Source of the DNA: a virus
Lineage: Duplodnaviria > Heunggongvirae > Uroviricota > Caudoviricetes
DNA: 64,000 bases
Strand: one strand, 5' to 3'
Virus record (IMG/VR): IMGVR_UViG_3300026302_000005
Location: 209,301 to 273,300 of that record
Made by a program: the position numbers and the translations under genes. Below the pieces are notes generated by a model, which ran no database searches, had not been told where the DNA came from, and saw only the letters and a list, made by a program, of their open reading frames with translations. Below, in pieces: positions 9,232 to 18,310 of the stretch. Within the stretch, counting starts at the first letter, position 1. Every line of letters starts with the position of its first letter.

Positions 9232-9987
9232 CTACACCTTGCTGTAGAAGATCATCTCTTCCATGGGATTGGCAAACACTGATGGCCCCGGCGACAACCG
9301 GTTCCACTCGATCCGTTCTTTGAGGATAACCAAGCCGAGCCGTTCCTCAGTGATGTTGCTACCATCTGCGGGATGATTCCACATCAGCATGGTGCGAAGC
9401 TTCGAGAACAGTCTGTATCCGTTTGCAGGATTACCTGCGGCCTTGCCATTCATGAGCGTTACCATGCAGGGGCCACCGGATCGATATAGGTTGCCCTTGA
9501 TATACCAGGATGCCTTCATGGTCTCGAATGCATAGCCAGTCACCACGCCATTATGGTGAAACAGTTCGAACTGCTCGAATTGTATCAGACTGGGAATATC
9601 CTCACGATCCTACCCCACCAGTTGCAGAACTGGATTGGGAACTTTGGAATTCGGATCGGGTATGGACTTCTTCCAGTTCAGGTCCAGTCGATCCGCTTTG
9701 AACGATGCTTCGCCAATCCGGAATGGACTTGAGTCGAGTGAATGAAGATCACCATCCTGATTCACCCGGAACGTGAAATTGGTGCATGAGATGGATGTGG
9801 GAAGTTCACCGGTGACAGTGTTGGAATCAGATACCATCTCCACGATCTCTGGATCGAAATCCTTGTGGAATACGGTTGTCACCGTGGGGCGTCGTGCAGC
9901 AGACGGATCAATGCCTCCCGTCAGAAACAGGAGAACGAACGCATCGGTCGATGCAAATTCCAAGAGAGAGCGATTCATAACATCCAT
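9232..9987 (-). pseudogene. Approx. 251-aa HRxxGPA-repeat paralogue interrupted by one in-frame TAG (9610-9612)
   Basis: ORFs 9610-9987 and 9232-9546 share a frame and only this TAG separates them; joined size matches the neighbouring paralogues. Confidence 0.55.
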
Positions 9988-9993
9988 GTGTGT

Positions 9994-10022
9994 AGCATAC
10001 GGATGGATTGGTGATTTGTCAA
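9994..10022 (-). promoter_or_regulatory. Early promoter
   Basis: TTGACA-N17-TATGCT. Confidence 0.6.
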
Positions 10023-10771
10023 GCAGTTTGAGCAGCCCAGATAAACTCGTCCTGGGGATCGGTGAAGTATCTCACTCCAAGTGGGGTGACTGGGCCAGCG
10101 ATGTTGGTTGGAGCTTTCCTGGTGGACCAATGGCATTGGCAACTATCGTAGGCAACATGGACGAGTTGACCTTGGGCATGATACTCCCGGTAACCCCTAA
10201 TGATCACCTGATCAGGACCATTGAACCGAATGGCCTCATTGTGTTGAAACCACCGAGCAATCACACATGATGCATATACCGATGGTTTCCCAGCGGGATG
10301 ATCCAGTCTTCCATCACGATAGGATCGATGTAGCCCTGTAGCGATGATAGATGCCGGTCGATCATCACGATGAAATGTTGGATTGAAAGCCCAGAAATCC
10401 CCAGTCTCACCATTGTAACCCTCTTGTTTGGTGATTACGGCATGTGGTGGGGCTGGTTGTCCAACACTGTCATCATAGTGTAACAGGTCAAATTGATCGA
10501 TGTCGCTGGCCCATACAGCCGCATACGTTGCAGGCTGGCGATAGCCCGACATATACGTCAATACGTGTTGATCGTCGAACATGTTCACCCGTAGCGTTGG
10601 GATATCGACCCGAATCGGGCCCATTACCTTTCCAGGCTCCTCTTCATTCATCTTGTGTAGAAACAGGTGGGTGTCGTGTAGCAGTCCGGTGCCCTCTTCT
10701 GTTGAAAACACAGCGGTATTTCGTAGCACATCCGTCCACAATTCAGTCACGGGAAACCTCGGAGAATGCAA
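10019..10771 (-). CDS. Hypothetical protein with G-x-L-(D/H)-x-x-x-G-x-P repeats
   Basis: GRLDHPAGKPS and similar segments. Confidence 0.7.
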   Translation of the reverse strand: MHSPRFPVTELWTDVLRNTAVFSTEEGTGLLHDTHLFLHKMNEEEPGKVMGPIRVDIPTLRVNMFDDQHVLTYMSGYRQPATYAAVWASDIDQFDLLHYDDSVGQPAPPHAVITKQEGYNGETGDFWAFNPTFHRDDRPASIIATGLHRSYRDGRLDHPAGKPSVYASCVIARWFQHNEAIRFNGPDQVIIRGYREYHAQGQLVHVAYDSCQCHWSTRKAPTNIAGPVTPLGVRYFTDPQDEFIWAAQTA

Positions 10772-11624
10772 ACATCATTTCTTGTTCATTCGGGAACAAT
10801 GGCCCTTCCCACACATTGAATTCAGAGAACAGGTTTGTGCGAATTCGTTCTCTTGTCTTCTCAGTGCTTTTGATGATGTCGCCGTTGATGATCCATTCCA
10901 TTTCATCGATTTGCTCACATCGATGACGGCCAGCCAGACCATCATCGTATTCTCTGGAATATTTGGATGCAATGATCCACCGCAACCTGAATGGATCGGT
11001 GTTGTTGCTTGCACCTTCGCGATTCCAGTTTGCGAACATCCTCTCGGCATGAAATCCCGGCACATCCCGAAAATCCGACAATACGGGTGTTTCTGATGTC
11101 GTTCGGTATATCCGGAAACCGTTCTGACACAACATCGAATGGGGTGCTGGATACTTCGAGGGATCACCCAGGGTAAACCAATAGGCTTCCAGTTCGTCCC
11201 AGGTCTCTACCAGATAGTCTTCCCCCACATCTTCACCGGTGGTCGGGATAGTGCTCTGATAGCGACTGTTACGCAGCACAATACTCGCGGGCCCGGTAGC
11301 AGCATGACGCAGCCCGTTCTGATAGTGGGTCATCTGGGTGGTGAAGGCTTTGTTGTCCCGCACTATCAGGGCTGGCCAGTCATTCCGATGAAGGCGATCC
11401 CCCATGACCCAATACTGGGCCATCCTGGTGTCACCTTCAATGACCTGGAATGAGATCGGAGAATCCTGGTATTCGGGATAGGCCAGATAGAAACACTGAT
11501 CGTTGGCTCGGAGACCCTGTATCTTTTGAACGTCAGCCAGAGTAAAGCGAATGACGGGACAATCTCGACCCTGGTAGACACCGGCCCAATTCAATGCATG
11601 GGCTAGTTCGTCCAATTCCATCAT
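10743..11624 (-). CDS. Hypothetical protein with LHRxxxPA repeats
   Basis: GDRLHRNDWPA, GLRHAATGPAS; ATGA-coupled start. Confidence 0.7.
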   Translation of the reverse strand: MMELDELAHALNWAGVYQGRDCPVIRFTLADVQKIQGLRANDQCFYLAYPEYQDSPISFQVIEGDTRMAQYWVMGDRLHRNDWPALIVRDNKAFTTQMTHYQNGLRHAATGPASIVLRNSRYQSTIPTTGEDVGEDYLVETWDELEAYWFTLGDPSKYPAPHSMLCQNGFRIYRTTSETPVLSDFRDVPGFHAERMFANWNREGASNNTDPFRLRWIIASKYSREYDDGLAGRHRCEQIDEMEWIINGDIIKSTEKTRERIRTNLFSEFNVWEGPLFPNEQEMMFAFSEVSRD

Positions 11625-12265
11625 AGCTGAAACCACCACTCAATGGTGTGTTCTTTTGGGGGAACCAGAACCCATAGATCATCAATCTGAGGATGAATCC
11701 ACACAGACATATTGTTCTCGGCAGCATACCGATCCACTGCTGCTTTGACACCATCCCATGTATAGTCATCACCCATCACTAGACCACCCGGACGCAACAC
11801 ACGAAAGCCGTTGGTTACATCCCGATACACATAAGGCTCATCATGATTGCCATCGACAAAGATAATGTCAAATGTGCGAGCCCCGTTGTTCTCTGCAAAG
11901 AATTCATCGCTGGTCTGGAGCCGGTGTTCGACGTTCGGGTAGATTGCAGTCGTGGCCTTTCGGGTATCCTCGATCAGGCTGGTCCACATGTTCCATGCAT
12001 CAGGATCACCTTTCATCCACTGGAACACCTTGAGATTTCGCTCTTTCAATTCAGTCAGGGTGTATCCCCTACTGGAATCTACGCTGACCACAGTGCCGTT
12101 TGGACAATTCGCAGCCCATGCCACGAGGGATCGACCGGCCCATGATCCAATCTCCAGGATCATTGGATGAGCCGATGTTTCAGATGCCCATTGTGACAAT
12201 GTGCCAAACAATGTCAGCTTGCTGATGTTTGTCCAACCTGGGACACTTAGATCGTAATGAATCAT
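11621..12265 (-). CDS. Class I SAM-dependent methyltransferase (Methyltransf_24-like)
   Basis: LEIGSWAGRS; FDIIFVDGNH; LRPGGLVMGDDY. Confidence 0.88.
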   Translation of the reverse strand: MIHYDLSVPGWTNISKLTLFGTLSQWASETSAHPMILEIGSWAGRSLVAWAANCPNGTVVSVDSSRGYTLTELKERNLKVFQWMKGDPDAWNMWTSLIEDTRKATTAIYPNVEHRLQTSDEFFAENNGARTFDIIFVDGNHDEPYVYRDVTNGFRVLRPGGLVMGDDYTWDGVKAAVDRYAAENNMSVWIHPQIDDLWVLVPPKEHTIEWWFQL

Positions 12266-13044
12266 GCTGCCTCAATCGAGATTTTGTTGCTCACGTGGCT
12301 TCCGAAATACGTCATGGCATCCGGTTCACCAACACGAGGAGTGGATAGCCTATCTATGGCTTTGATTGATTCGACAGCCAGTTTGGCATGTAGGGGATCA
12401 ACCAGCATGGTGGACATCCACCATTCAGATACGATCAACGGCTTGTGCCACTTCTCAGGACCAGACATCTCGGTGGGGCTTCCAAATTTGCCCTTCTTCA
12501 CCAACCGCGAATGCGGCCACACCGCCTGTCGGTTCAGATAGACCATCGTGGTCTTGATGTTCCGGAGCTTTTCCAAATCGGATTCTGCACCTGATTTGGC
12601 GTTCCGGATGATGCTGGTGATTTCTCGCTCGGTGAATCCGACAAAGCTCAGATCACCTTCGGGGCGTTCGAAATCAGCGGGTCGAGCCCCGTCTGAATAC
12701 TTGGCGATGGATTCCAATTCATGCACGGTGTTGCTGCATCTCACAGCATCATCAGATCGATAGTCCGCACCACCCGCTTCGGTCATGATGTAGAGGGTTG
12801 TGCGATCAAACAGCTTGACGGTTCTGCCACCGGCCAGGTGCTTCTCGAATTCTTCAATGATTTCGTATTCATCGGACCGAGAATCACAGCGAACGTTCTC
12901 ATGCAAATTCTCAGCAATCTCATCCGGAACCGTGATGGTCAAATCCATCAACCATTGCGAAAGACCAGCAATGATCGCCAGCCGCTGAACGGTTTCAAGC
13001 CGATTGGTGCGGTAGAACTGGAACTTGGCTTCTGGTGTCATCAT
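12262..13044 (-). CDS. Hypothetical protein, 260 aa
   Basis: Long coupled ORF. Confidence 0.75.
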   Translation of the reverse strand: MMTPEAKFQFYRTNRLETVQRLAIIAGLSQWLMDLTITVPDEIAENLHENVRCDSRSDEYEIIEEFEKHLAGGRTVKLFDRTTLYIMTEAGGADYRSDDAVRCSNTVHELESIAKYSDGARPADFERPEGDLSFVGFTEREITSIIRNAKSGAESDLEKLRNIKTTMVYLNRQAVWPHSRLVKKGKFGSPTEMSGPEKWHKPLIVSEWWMSTMLVDPLHAKLAVESIKAIDRLSTPRVGEPDAMTYFGSHVSNKISIEAA

Positions 13045-13213
13045 GGGTCTCCGTGGGGGTGGCCAGCATCATTGCGATCTGGGCACGAACTATGGCTCTG
13101 AAACCAACATAGTGCGGATGGAAATTCATCGCAACCCCATTCTTGCGCATCTCTTTTTCAAATGCCATCATCGCCGAATTGGTGAGGGAATCAAGGTCGC
13201 GGGTCATGGTCAT
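12995..13213 (-). CDS. Hypothetical protein, 72 aa
   Basis: AAGGGAG SD; first ORF after an early promoter. Confidence 0.55.
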   Translation of the reverse strand: MTMTRDLDSLTNSAMMAFEKEMRKNGVAMNFHPHYVGFRAIVRAQIAMMLATPTETHDDTRSQVPVLPHQSA

Positions 13214-13240
13214 TGCAGGTGCTCCCTTACGGATGACCCG

Positions 13241-13269
13241 GGTATACCAGCCCGCGAATGATTTGTCAA
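13241..13269 (-). promoter_or_regulatory. Early promoter
   Basis: TTGACA-N17-TATACC. Confidence 0.7.
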
Positions 13270-13272
13270 GAA

Positions 13273-13743
13273 CTATGCGAACATATCATCGAATGGCAGT
13301 TTCAAATATCTTGCCCGCACGATCTCTCGTGGGATGTGGAACGTTATCTGGTTGTTCGCGTTTCTCCACTCGGAGTATATCAGATCGACATGAGCCATCA
13401 ACGACCGCCTGGTCTTTTCGATGATTTGATCCAGATGATACCGCAGCACAGCCTGATCTGGATTGGTCACAGCTTCGTTCGCAGCCTGGTAATCCTCAAG
13501 CGTAGATTCGACGGTCAGGACATTTCCTGGATATCCCAGGGAACTGGCCATTTTCCACTTCCACTCGTTGCACTGATGTTGAATGAACCACGGCATGTAG
13601 TAGTTGGAATTCGACATCAACGATGCACTGACCCAGGTTGGGTGTGAGGGCTCGCGATCTATACCACTCATCCACCAGCACGAGTTGCCGGTCCCCCCAG
13701 AGTCCAACCAGGTAAAGTCGATTCGATTGAGGTATTTTGGCAT
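13273..13743 (-). CDS. Hypothetical protein, 156 aa
   Basis: ORF in co-oriented block. Confidence 0.7.
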   Translation of the reverse strand: MPKYLNRIDFTWLDSGGTGNSCWWMSGIDREPSHPTWVSASLMSNSNYYMPWFIQHQCNEWKWKMASSLGYPGNVLTVESTLEDYQAANEAVTNPDQAVLRYHLDQIIEKTRRSLMAHVDLIYSEWRNANNQITFHIPREIVRARYLKLPFDDMFA

Positions 13744-13746
13744 TGG

Positions 13747-14088
13747 CTAGAACGTCGCTGGTTTGGGCACTCCCGTCCAATTCTGCATCGTGTAGTTGTC
13801 CTCGATGGTTTCGTCAGCTTCGCTGTCAGGGACGACGATATTGGAGTAGGCCGGTTGTGGATTTGGTCTCACTTCCACAATGTAGGTATTATCCTCGTCC
13901 GTGTCAAACACGAAAATTCGACGAACATCTGCATTTTCGTCCCGACCGAAGATGCCGTAGCTGTCGCCGATCTCTTCCATGTAGTTGCGGGCCGCATCAT
14001 CCGGATCGTTGCACCAGCTATCGGCCTCCCACCAATCGGATGCAGGATCGTCGGCGTAGTCGGTGATGGGAAGGCAATAGAAGGTCAT
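13747..14088 (-). CDS. Acidic hypothetical protein (start MTFYCLP)
   Basis: ATGA overlap with upstream stop. Confidence 0.7.
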   Translation of the reverse strand: MTFYCLPITDYADDPASDWWEADSWCNDPDDAARNYMEEIGDSYGIFGRDENADVRRIFVFDTDEDNTYIVEVRPNPQPAYSNIVVPDSEADETIEDNYTMQNWTGVPKPATF

Positions 14089-14363
14089 GTCCGGGTCTCC
14101 CAGGCGGTGCCATCCCCAGCGATGATCTTCGCCCACACATCGTCGGATACTTCGACCTCGGGAGCTTCTTGTGGAGTCTGATCGGGTCTGCTGTATTCGT
14201 CAGGAACGATGCCGTTGTCGAGATTTTCCCGAACTGGTTGGTCCCACACCCGGTTGATGAATGCCGCAGCATGCTCTCGGGTTTGGTGCAGGCTGGCCCC
14301 ATCGGGACGAGTGCCCCATCCACGTTCAAATTCGGTCCAGGTGATTCGGATGGCTTTCGGCAT
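14085..14363 (-). CDS. Hypothetical phage protein, 92 aa
   Basis: GGAG SD; WTEFERGWGTRPDG motif. Confidence 0.75.
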   Translation of the reverse strand: MPKAIRITWTEFERGWGTRPDGASLHQTREHAAAFINRVWDQPVRENLDNGIVPDEYSRPDQTPQEAPEVEVSDDVWAKIIAGDGTAWETRT

Positions 14364-14366
14364 GTG

Positions 14367-14885
14367 TTAACTCCAGGGGTTGTTGAACCTTTCTTCGAGG
14401 ACTTTGATGAAGTTGTCAAGCCCGAAAAGGCACACGAATTGCCCCCACCGGGGTCCGCTCGGAGAACGAACCACCAATTCATACAGATACAGAAAGAACT
14501 CTCTGATTGCTGCTTTGTCTTCTCCGAACGTAGCCTTGGCAGCTTCGTAGAACTCGAACTGCACAGCCTCTTCATCCAGTGGTGCTGGTAGGGCCAGGAG
14601 GCGATCCAGGAGCCCTCCCAGGCCCACCAGAAGCTGCTGCACCCGCTGGTGGCTCACGACCTGTTCCTGAGCCCCACGAGGGGCATACCAGGCTTCCATC
14701 ACAGCATCGTATTCCGCCATGTCTTTCTGGTATTGCTGCATGACCCCATCCGAGGCGTTATCCCCGGGCTTACGGGGCTCCTGCATGGGTGGCCGCTCGG
14801 CCATCTGCCAATACAGAAAAGCCGTGATCGTGCCCAGACGAGCCTGTAGTGGGCCGACATCGATGATTCGGTCAGCATCGGTCAT
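14367..14885 (-). CDS. Stand-alone class I lysyl-tRNA synthetase anticodon-binding-domain-like protein
   Basis: C-terminus IREFFLYLYELVVRSPSGPRWGQFVCLFG matches the class I LysRS pattern LRxWFxxLYEVLLGxxxGPRFGxFIALYG; no HIGH/KMSKS domain. Confidence 0.75.
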   Translation of the reverse strand: MTDADRIIDVGPLQARLGTITAFLYWQMAERPPMQEPRKPGDNASDGVMQQYQKDMAEYDAVMEAWYAPRGAQEQVVSHQRVQQLLVGLGGLLDRLLALPAPLDEEAVQFEFYEAAKATFGEDKAAIREFFLYLYELVVRSPSGPRWGQFVCLFGLDNFIKVLEERFNNPWS

Positions 14886-15127
14886 CGTCTGGTTTCCCAA
14901 AAGCTGAAAGCGAGCATAGCCAGACCACCGACGACTGCCAGGATCAGGAATACCAGGAAAAACTTGAAGGCCAGAAAGAATGGCCACAGGATGATCCAGC
15001 CATACGTCCACAGATTGGCCCATTCGGTAGCGGCCAGGTTCATGCTGATGTGCTCGGAAAATGCGGCACCAACGAATAGGCCGATCACAAGATAGGCGAT
15101 GACGGGGATGATGCGAATGCTGATCAT
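14882..15127 (-). CDS. Small membrane protein
   Basis: Two to three hydrophobic segments; GAGG SD. Confidence 0.7.
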   Translation of the reverse strand: MISIRIIPVIAYLVIGLFVGAAFSEHISMNLAATEWANLWTYGWIILWPFFLAFKFFLVFLILAVVGGLAMLAFSFWETRR

Positions 15128-15137
15128 GGTTGACCTC

Positions 15138-15692
15138 TTATGCTCTTTGATCTTCTGTGTGGGCGGTGCCGCCGAAATTCATCCGGTTGTAGTATTCCCG
15201 GATATAGGCTTCATCGTGGCTGTCGCTTTCGAAACTGGTCCACTTGATCATCAGAAACATACGGCGTTCCAGCACGTTCAGTTCCGAATAGAGCAGACCA
15301 AACACCGGGAAGGCATCTTCCAGATACTGCTGGAGAGCCCACATCCGCTGCTGGCCATCGACCAGGATATTCCGGGTCCGGGGATTACCTTTGCCATAGG
15401 TGGGATCGATGTTGATCGTGTATGTGCCAACCGGCATTCCCATCCACAACGATTCGATGAACCGGATCATCTGGGTCTGCGACCATACCAGAGGACGTTG
15501 CCACTCCGGGATCACATAGCCCATGATGGTGCGTAGCCTGAGCGGGTTCATGTAGTCGAGTTCGTCGGTGTTGGCGTCATCCACCGCCGCCTTATAGGCG
15601 GTCCAATTGCAGATGGGAGCACTGAGCATGCTGGCATACTCTTTACCCATGTTGAACCCACGGGGCATACGGCTGATCATCTGTTCGGTCAT
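15138..15692 (-). CDS. DUF262 (ParB/Srx-like, GmrS-type) domain protein
   Basis: IPEWQRPLVW, FIESLWMGMPVG, LVDGQQR. Confidence 0.85.
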   Translation of the reverse strand: MTEQMISRMPRGFNMGKEYASMLSAPICNWTAYKAAVDDANTDELDYMNPLRLRTIMGYVIPEWQRPLVWSQTQMIRFIESLWMGMPVGTYTINIDPTYGKGNPRTRNILVDGQQRMWALQQYLEDAFPVFGLLYSELNVLERRMFLMIKWTSFESDSHDEAYIREYYNRMNFGGTAHTEDQRA

Positions 15693-16192
15693 GCTGCTAC
15701 CGGCTGCTCCACGACCAGGCCCGGATACCGGTCGGTCAGATCGTTCTGATACTGATCACAGTCCACCGGCTGGCCCAGTTGGTTCCGAACCACCCACCGA
15801 CCATTCGGTTCAATCGGGTAGCTGCGGCCATGCAGGACCAGTTCGCCCCGCTCGCGTTGAGCCGTGAACGTGTAGACCCCACCCTGCTTGGTGTAGAACG
15901 TGGGCAGGTATTCGGCAACACCGAACAGGTTGTCGCTGAACGTTGCCATCCGCTTCATGTTCCAGAACACAGCCTCGATCACACCGGTGTCGGGATCGAC
16001 AATAGCCACCAGCTTGGTCGGCTTGCCGGAGTCGAACATCCGCTCGGATGCGACACAGCCGGAGCGGAATGCCGCACGAGCGTTGTCTTCGGTGCGCCAG
16101 AACGACGGCTTGTAGGCGAACACCGCCACGTTGGCCTTGCCCACCGGGGTGTCCACGATCTTTGCGGTCACACGATAGATATACTCGCCCAT
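15689..16192 (-). CDS. Early hypothetical protein (start MGEYIY)
   Basis: AGGAG SD; the longer ATG at 16222 lies inside the -10 box. Confidence 0.7.
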   Translation of the reverse strand: MGEYIYRVTAKIVDTPVGKANVAVFAYKPSFWRTEDNARAAFRSGCVASERMFDSGKPTKLVAIVDPDTGVIEAVFWNMKRMATFSDNLFGVAEYLPTFYTKQGGVYTFTAQRERGELVLHGRSYPIEPNGRWVVRNQLGQPVDCDQYQNDLTDRYPGLVVEQPVAA

Positions 16193-16219
16193 GTCGATCT
16201 CCTGGTTGCGTTGAACCTT

Positions 16220-16248
16220 CATATATCAGGCGTTACACGATTCGTCAA
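16220..16248 (-). promoter_or_regulatory. Early promoter
   Basis: TTGACG-N17-TATATG. Confidence 0.7.
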
Positions 16249-16805
16249 GAAATATTCGATTCAAGAAAGAAGTGTTCCGCCGAAACCCACCCGGCCAGCC
16301 GACCCGCTGCAACCCAATCGCGTTCCAGTGTTCCCATTCCAACCAGAACTACCCGGTCGGCGGGTGTTACCCCCAGAGCCGCCCGTAAATCCTGTGCGGT
16401 TTGACGGAACGATGCCAGCGCATAGGGAGCAGGGTAAGCGGCATCCAAACCGTCGTTCATCACCAGAATCGACGGCGATAGGGGTGCTGATGCCAGCCCG
16501 ATCCTTCCAGCTTGCACCATCTCCAGCTTTTCTACCACCTCGGTCACCAAAGTGGGCATCGAGGCCGTCACTCCTAGTCCATTGGAGGAAAATAGAAACG
16601 CGGACACATCATGACCGGTCTGTGCTCGAATTCCGGCATAGGTCTTGTAGGGTAGACCCAGCGTCTTGGCTCTGGCTACACGCTGGCGTAGAACCTCAAT
16701 CGGTAGGCTCGGCATCAGTTCTTTGCGGGCGACACGCCAACAATGGGTATTCCACCCATTACCACTCGAAATTGACGGCCCCTGATTATGACCGATACCC
16801 GCCAT
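16245..16805 (-). CDS. Rhodobacteraceae-type conserved hypothetical protein
   Basis: MAGIGHNQGP...LPIEV..RV.RA..LGL.Y.TYAGIRA.TGHD..AFLFSSN recalled from roseobacter proteins. Confidence 0.65.
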   Translation of the reverse strand: MAGIGHNQGPSISSGNGWNTHCWRVARKELMPSLPIEVLRQRVARAKTLGLPYKTYAGIRAQTGHDVSAFLFSSNGLGVTASMPTLVTEVVEKLEMVQAGRIGLASAPLSPSILVMNDGLDAAYPAPYALASFRQTAQDLRAALGVTPADRVVLVGMGTLERDWVAAGRLAGWVSAEHFFLESNIS

Positions 16806-16807
16806 GG

Positions 16808-17029
16808 CTACGCGATCCCATCTGGATCGAACACCAGATCGGGATCATTGCGGGCGAAATACCGTTGAACGGTTTCCGGGCCCGGGTTGTCGATCCGACC
16901 ATTGGGTTGTTGGACTTCCCACCGGTTGATCACGGTGTTCTGCGGCAGTGTCAGAAGGCGGGCCCGAATCTCATCCAGGGTGCCGGTGAAGAACTCATCA
17001 TCGAGTTCGATGAATGCTGGTGCGCTCAT
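16808..17029 (-). CDS. Hypothetical protein, 73 aa
   Basis: Coupled ORF. Confidence 0.65.
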   Translation of the reverse strand: MSAPAFIELDDEFFTGTLDEIRARLLTLPQNTVINRWEVQQPNGRIDNPGPETVQRYFARNDPDLVFDPDGIA

Positions 17030-17337
17030 GATTTGTGATCATCCCATCCTTCGCCACCGGCATAGAAAAGCTCGCCCTCACGCTCGCCCCACCCATTGTA
17101 TAGGGGTTCGATGATCCGTGGATTCGACAGCAAATCTTGGCGGTCCTCGTCGGTTCTGCATCGGTCAAGCCGTTGCCACGGAGCACCACGAGATGGCGTT
17201 CGGCCACCAACTGTGGTCTGCTTCGTCGCTTTGCAGCTTTTGGAGCAGAACCGGGCCCATCCCCGATTCCGATCAGCGGTTCGAGCAGTAAAGCTCTTCC
17301 CGCAGCACTTGCATTTGTATTGACCGGTCGATGTCAT
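17026..17337 (-). CDS. Zn-finger protein
   Basis: CKCCGKSF...RFCSKSC; ATGA-coupled. Confidence 0.75.
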   Translation of the reverse strand: MTSTGQYKCKCCGKSFTARTADRNRGWARFCSKSCKATKQTTVGGRTPSRGAPWQRLDRCRTDEDRQDLLSNPRIIEPLYNGWGEREGELFYAGGEGWDDHKS

Positions 17338-17681
17338 GCTGCCCGCCGTGCATGCAGGGTCACGTAGAGACCGGTCTGAGCCTCGAACAGGTCCTTGAGC
17401 ATGTCGCAGTAGATGCCTTCGTGCTTGCTGCATTCGGCGAACTCATAGGTCTTGCGGTTGAACCGCAGGAACTCGACCGTGTAGGTATCCGAAGGGTCCA
17501 GTGTGATCCGGACGTGGGTGCAGCGGTTCTTCAACGGAATCTGGGCCGACGCCGACACCTGCATGGACAGCATATTGTCACCACCAACCAGGTTGCGGGC
17601 CCCGGTCAGGGCCAGGAATTGACGGCCACCCAGTTGACGAAGAATTTCGGTTGCGACTTCCATTGCCATGATCGTCTCCAT
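17334..17681 (-). CDS. Conserved phage hypothetical protein
   Basis: ILRQLGGRQFLALTGA...DTYTV motif. Confidence 0.7.
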   Translation of the reverse strand: METIMAMEVATEILRQLGGRQFLALTGARNLVGGDNMLSMQVSASAQIPLKNRCTHVRITLDPSDTYTVEFLRFNRKTYEFAECSKHEGIYCDMLKDLFEAQTGLYVTLHARRAA

Positions 17682-17726
17682 TTGCTGTTGACCCTGTATA
17701 GCAGGATGCAACGGAGAAGTCAATCA

Positions 17727-18038
17727 TCAATCGTAGTAGGTCTCTCGTTCGGATGGACTCAGGTCGGCCAGGGTGAGATAGTCGTGCTCGGTCCACCCGG
17801 CTCGATCTATACCATTACCGCAACCAACATAATTCCCGTCGGCATCAAAGCCGGAATACCCATACCAGTCGTATCCATCTTCGTCATAGTCACCGAACAT
17901 GGTTTTTTCATCATAGACGATACCGGCGTCATGAAGCTCTTGCGTCCATGGTTCCGGCTCTTGTCCATAACAGTTGAATCGGTATTCATACCCATCCGGT
18001 CTGTGCTGATAGGCAAGGCTGTATTTTCCACGACTCAT
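17727..18038 (-). CDS. Acidic Tyr/Asp-rich hypothetical protein
   Basis: GYDWYGYSGFD..G..DRAG repeats. Confidence 0.7.
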   Translation of the reverse strand: MSRGKYSLAYQHRPDGYEYRFNCYGQEPEPWTQELHDAGIVYDEKTMFGDYDEDGYDWYGYSGFDADGNYVGCGNGIDRAGWTEHDYLTLADLSPSERETYYD

Positions 18039-18054
18039 GATGACCTCATTGTGT

Positions 18055-18225
18055 TGGCACGACAGGCGGGATTCGAACCCCCGGAAACGCCTCTAGGAAG
18101 GCTTGGCCGGTCTTTACGCTACCTTCCACCCAACTACTTGCTCAGACCCCTAGTAGGTCTACACGTCAAGCCCTGGCCCTCACGAGTCCCAGAAGTGGCT
18201 GCTCTATCCAACGAGCTACTGTCGA
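18055..18225 (-). ncRNA. tRNA-Arg-like RNA with an approx. 93-nt insertion in the anticodon arm
   Basis: Acceptor CGACAG/CTGTCG plus G-CCA, D-arm GCTC-GTTGGAT-AGAGC, T-loop TTCGAAT; 171 nt in total. Confidence 0.65.
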
Positions 18226-18228
18226 ACT

Positions 18229-18302
18229 TGGTAGTCCCACCAGGAATCGAACCTGAGTAAAACGCTCATCAGGCGCTTGCTCTACCACTGAGCTATGGGA
18301 CC
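18229..18302 (-). tRNA. tRNA-Ile(GAU), variant loop CU-GAU-GA
   Basis: Cloverleaf; CCA encoded. Confidence 0.85.
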
Positions 18303-18310
18303 GAAATCCA

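Noticed and set aside
18098-18190. Intact group I intron
   Set aside because: Too short, and I cannot find P7/catalytic-core sequences or a clear terminal G.
15779-18260. Long plus-strand ORFs (15779-17038, 17331-18260) and similar ones such as 52379-53200
   Set aside because: Antisense shadows of GC3-rich minus-strand genes or tRNAs, with no SD or recognisable motifs.
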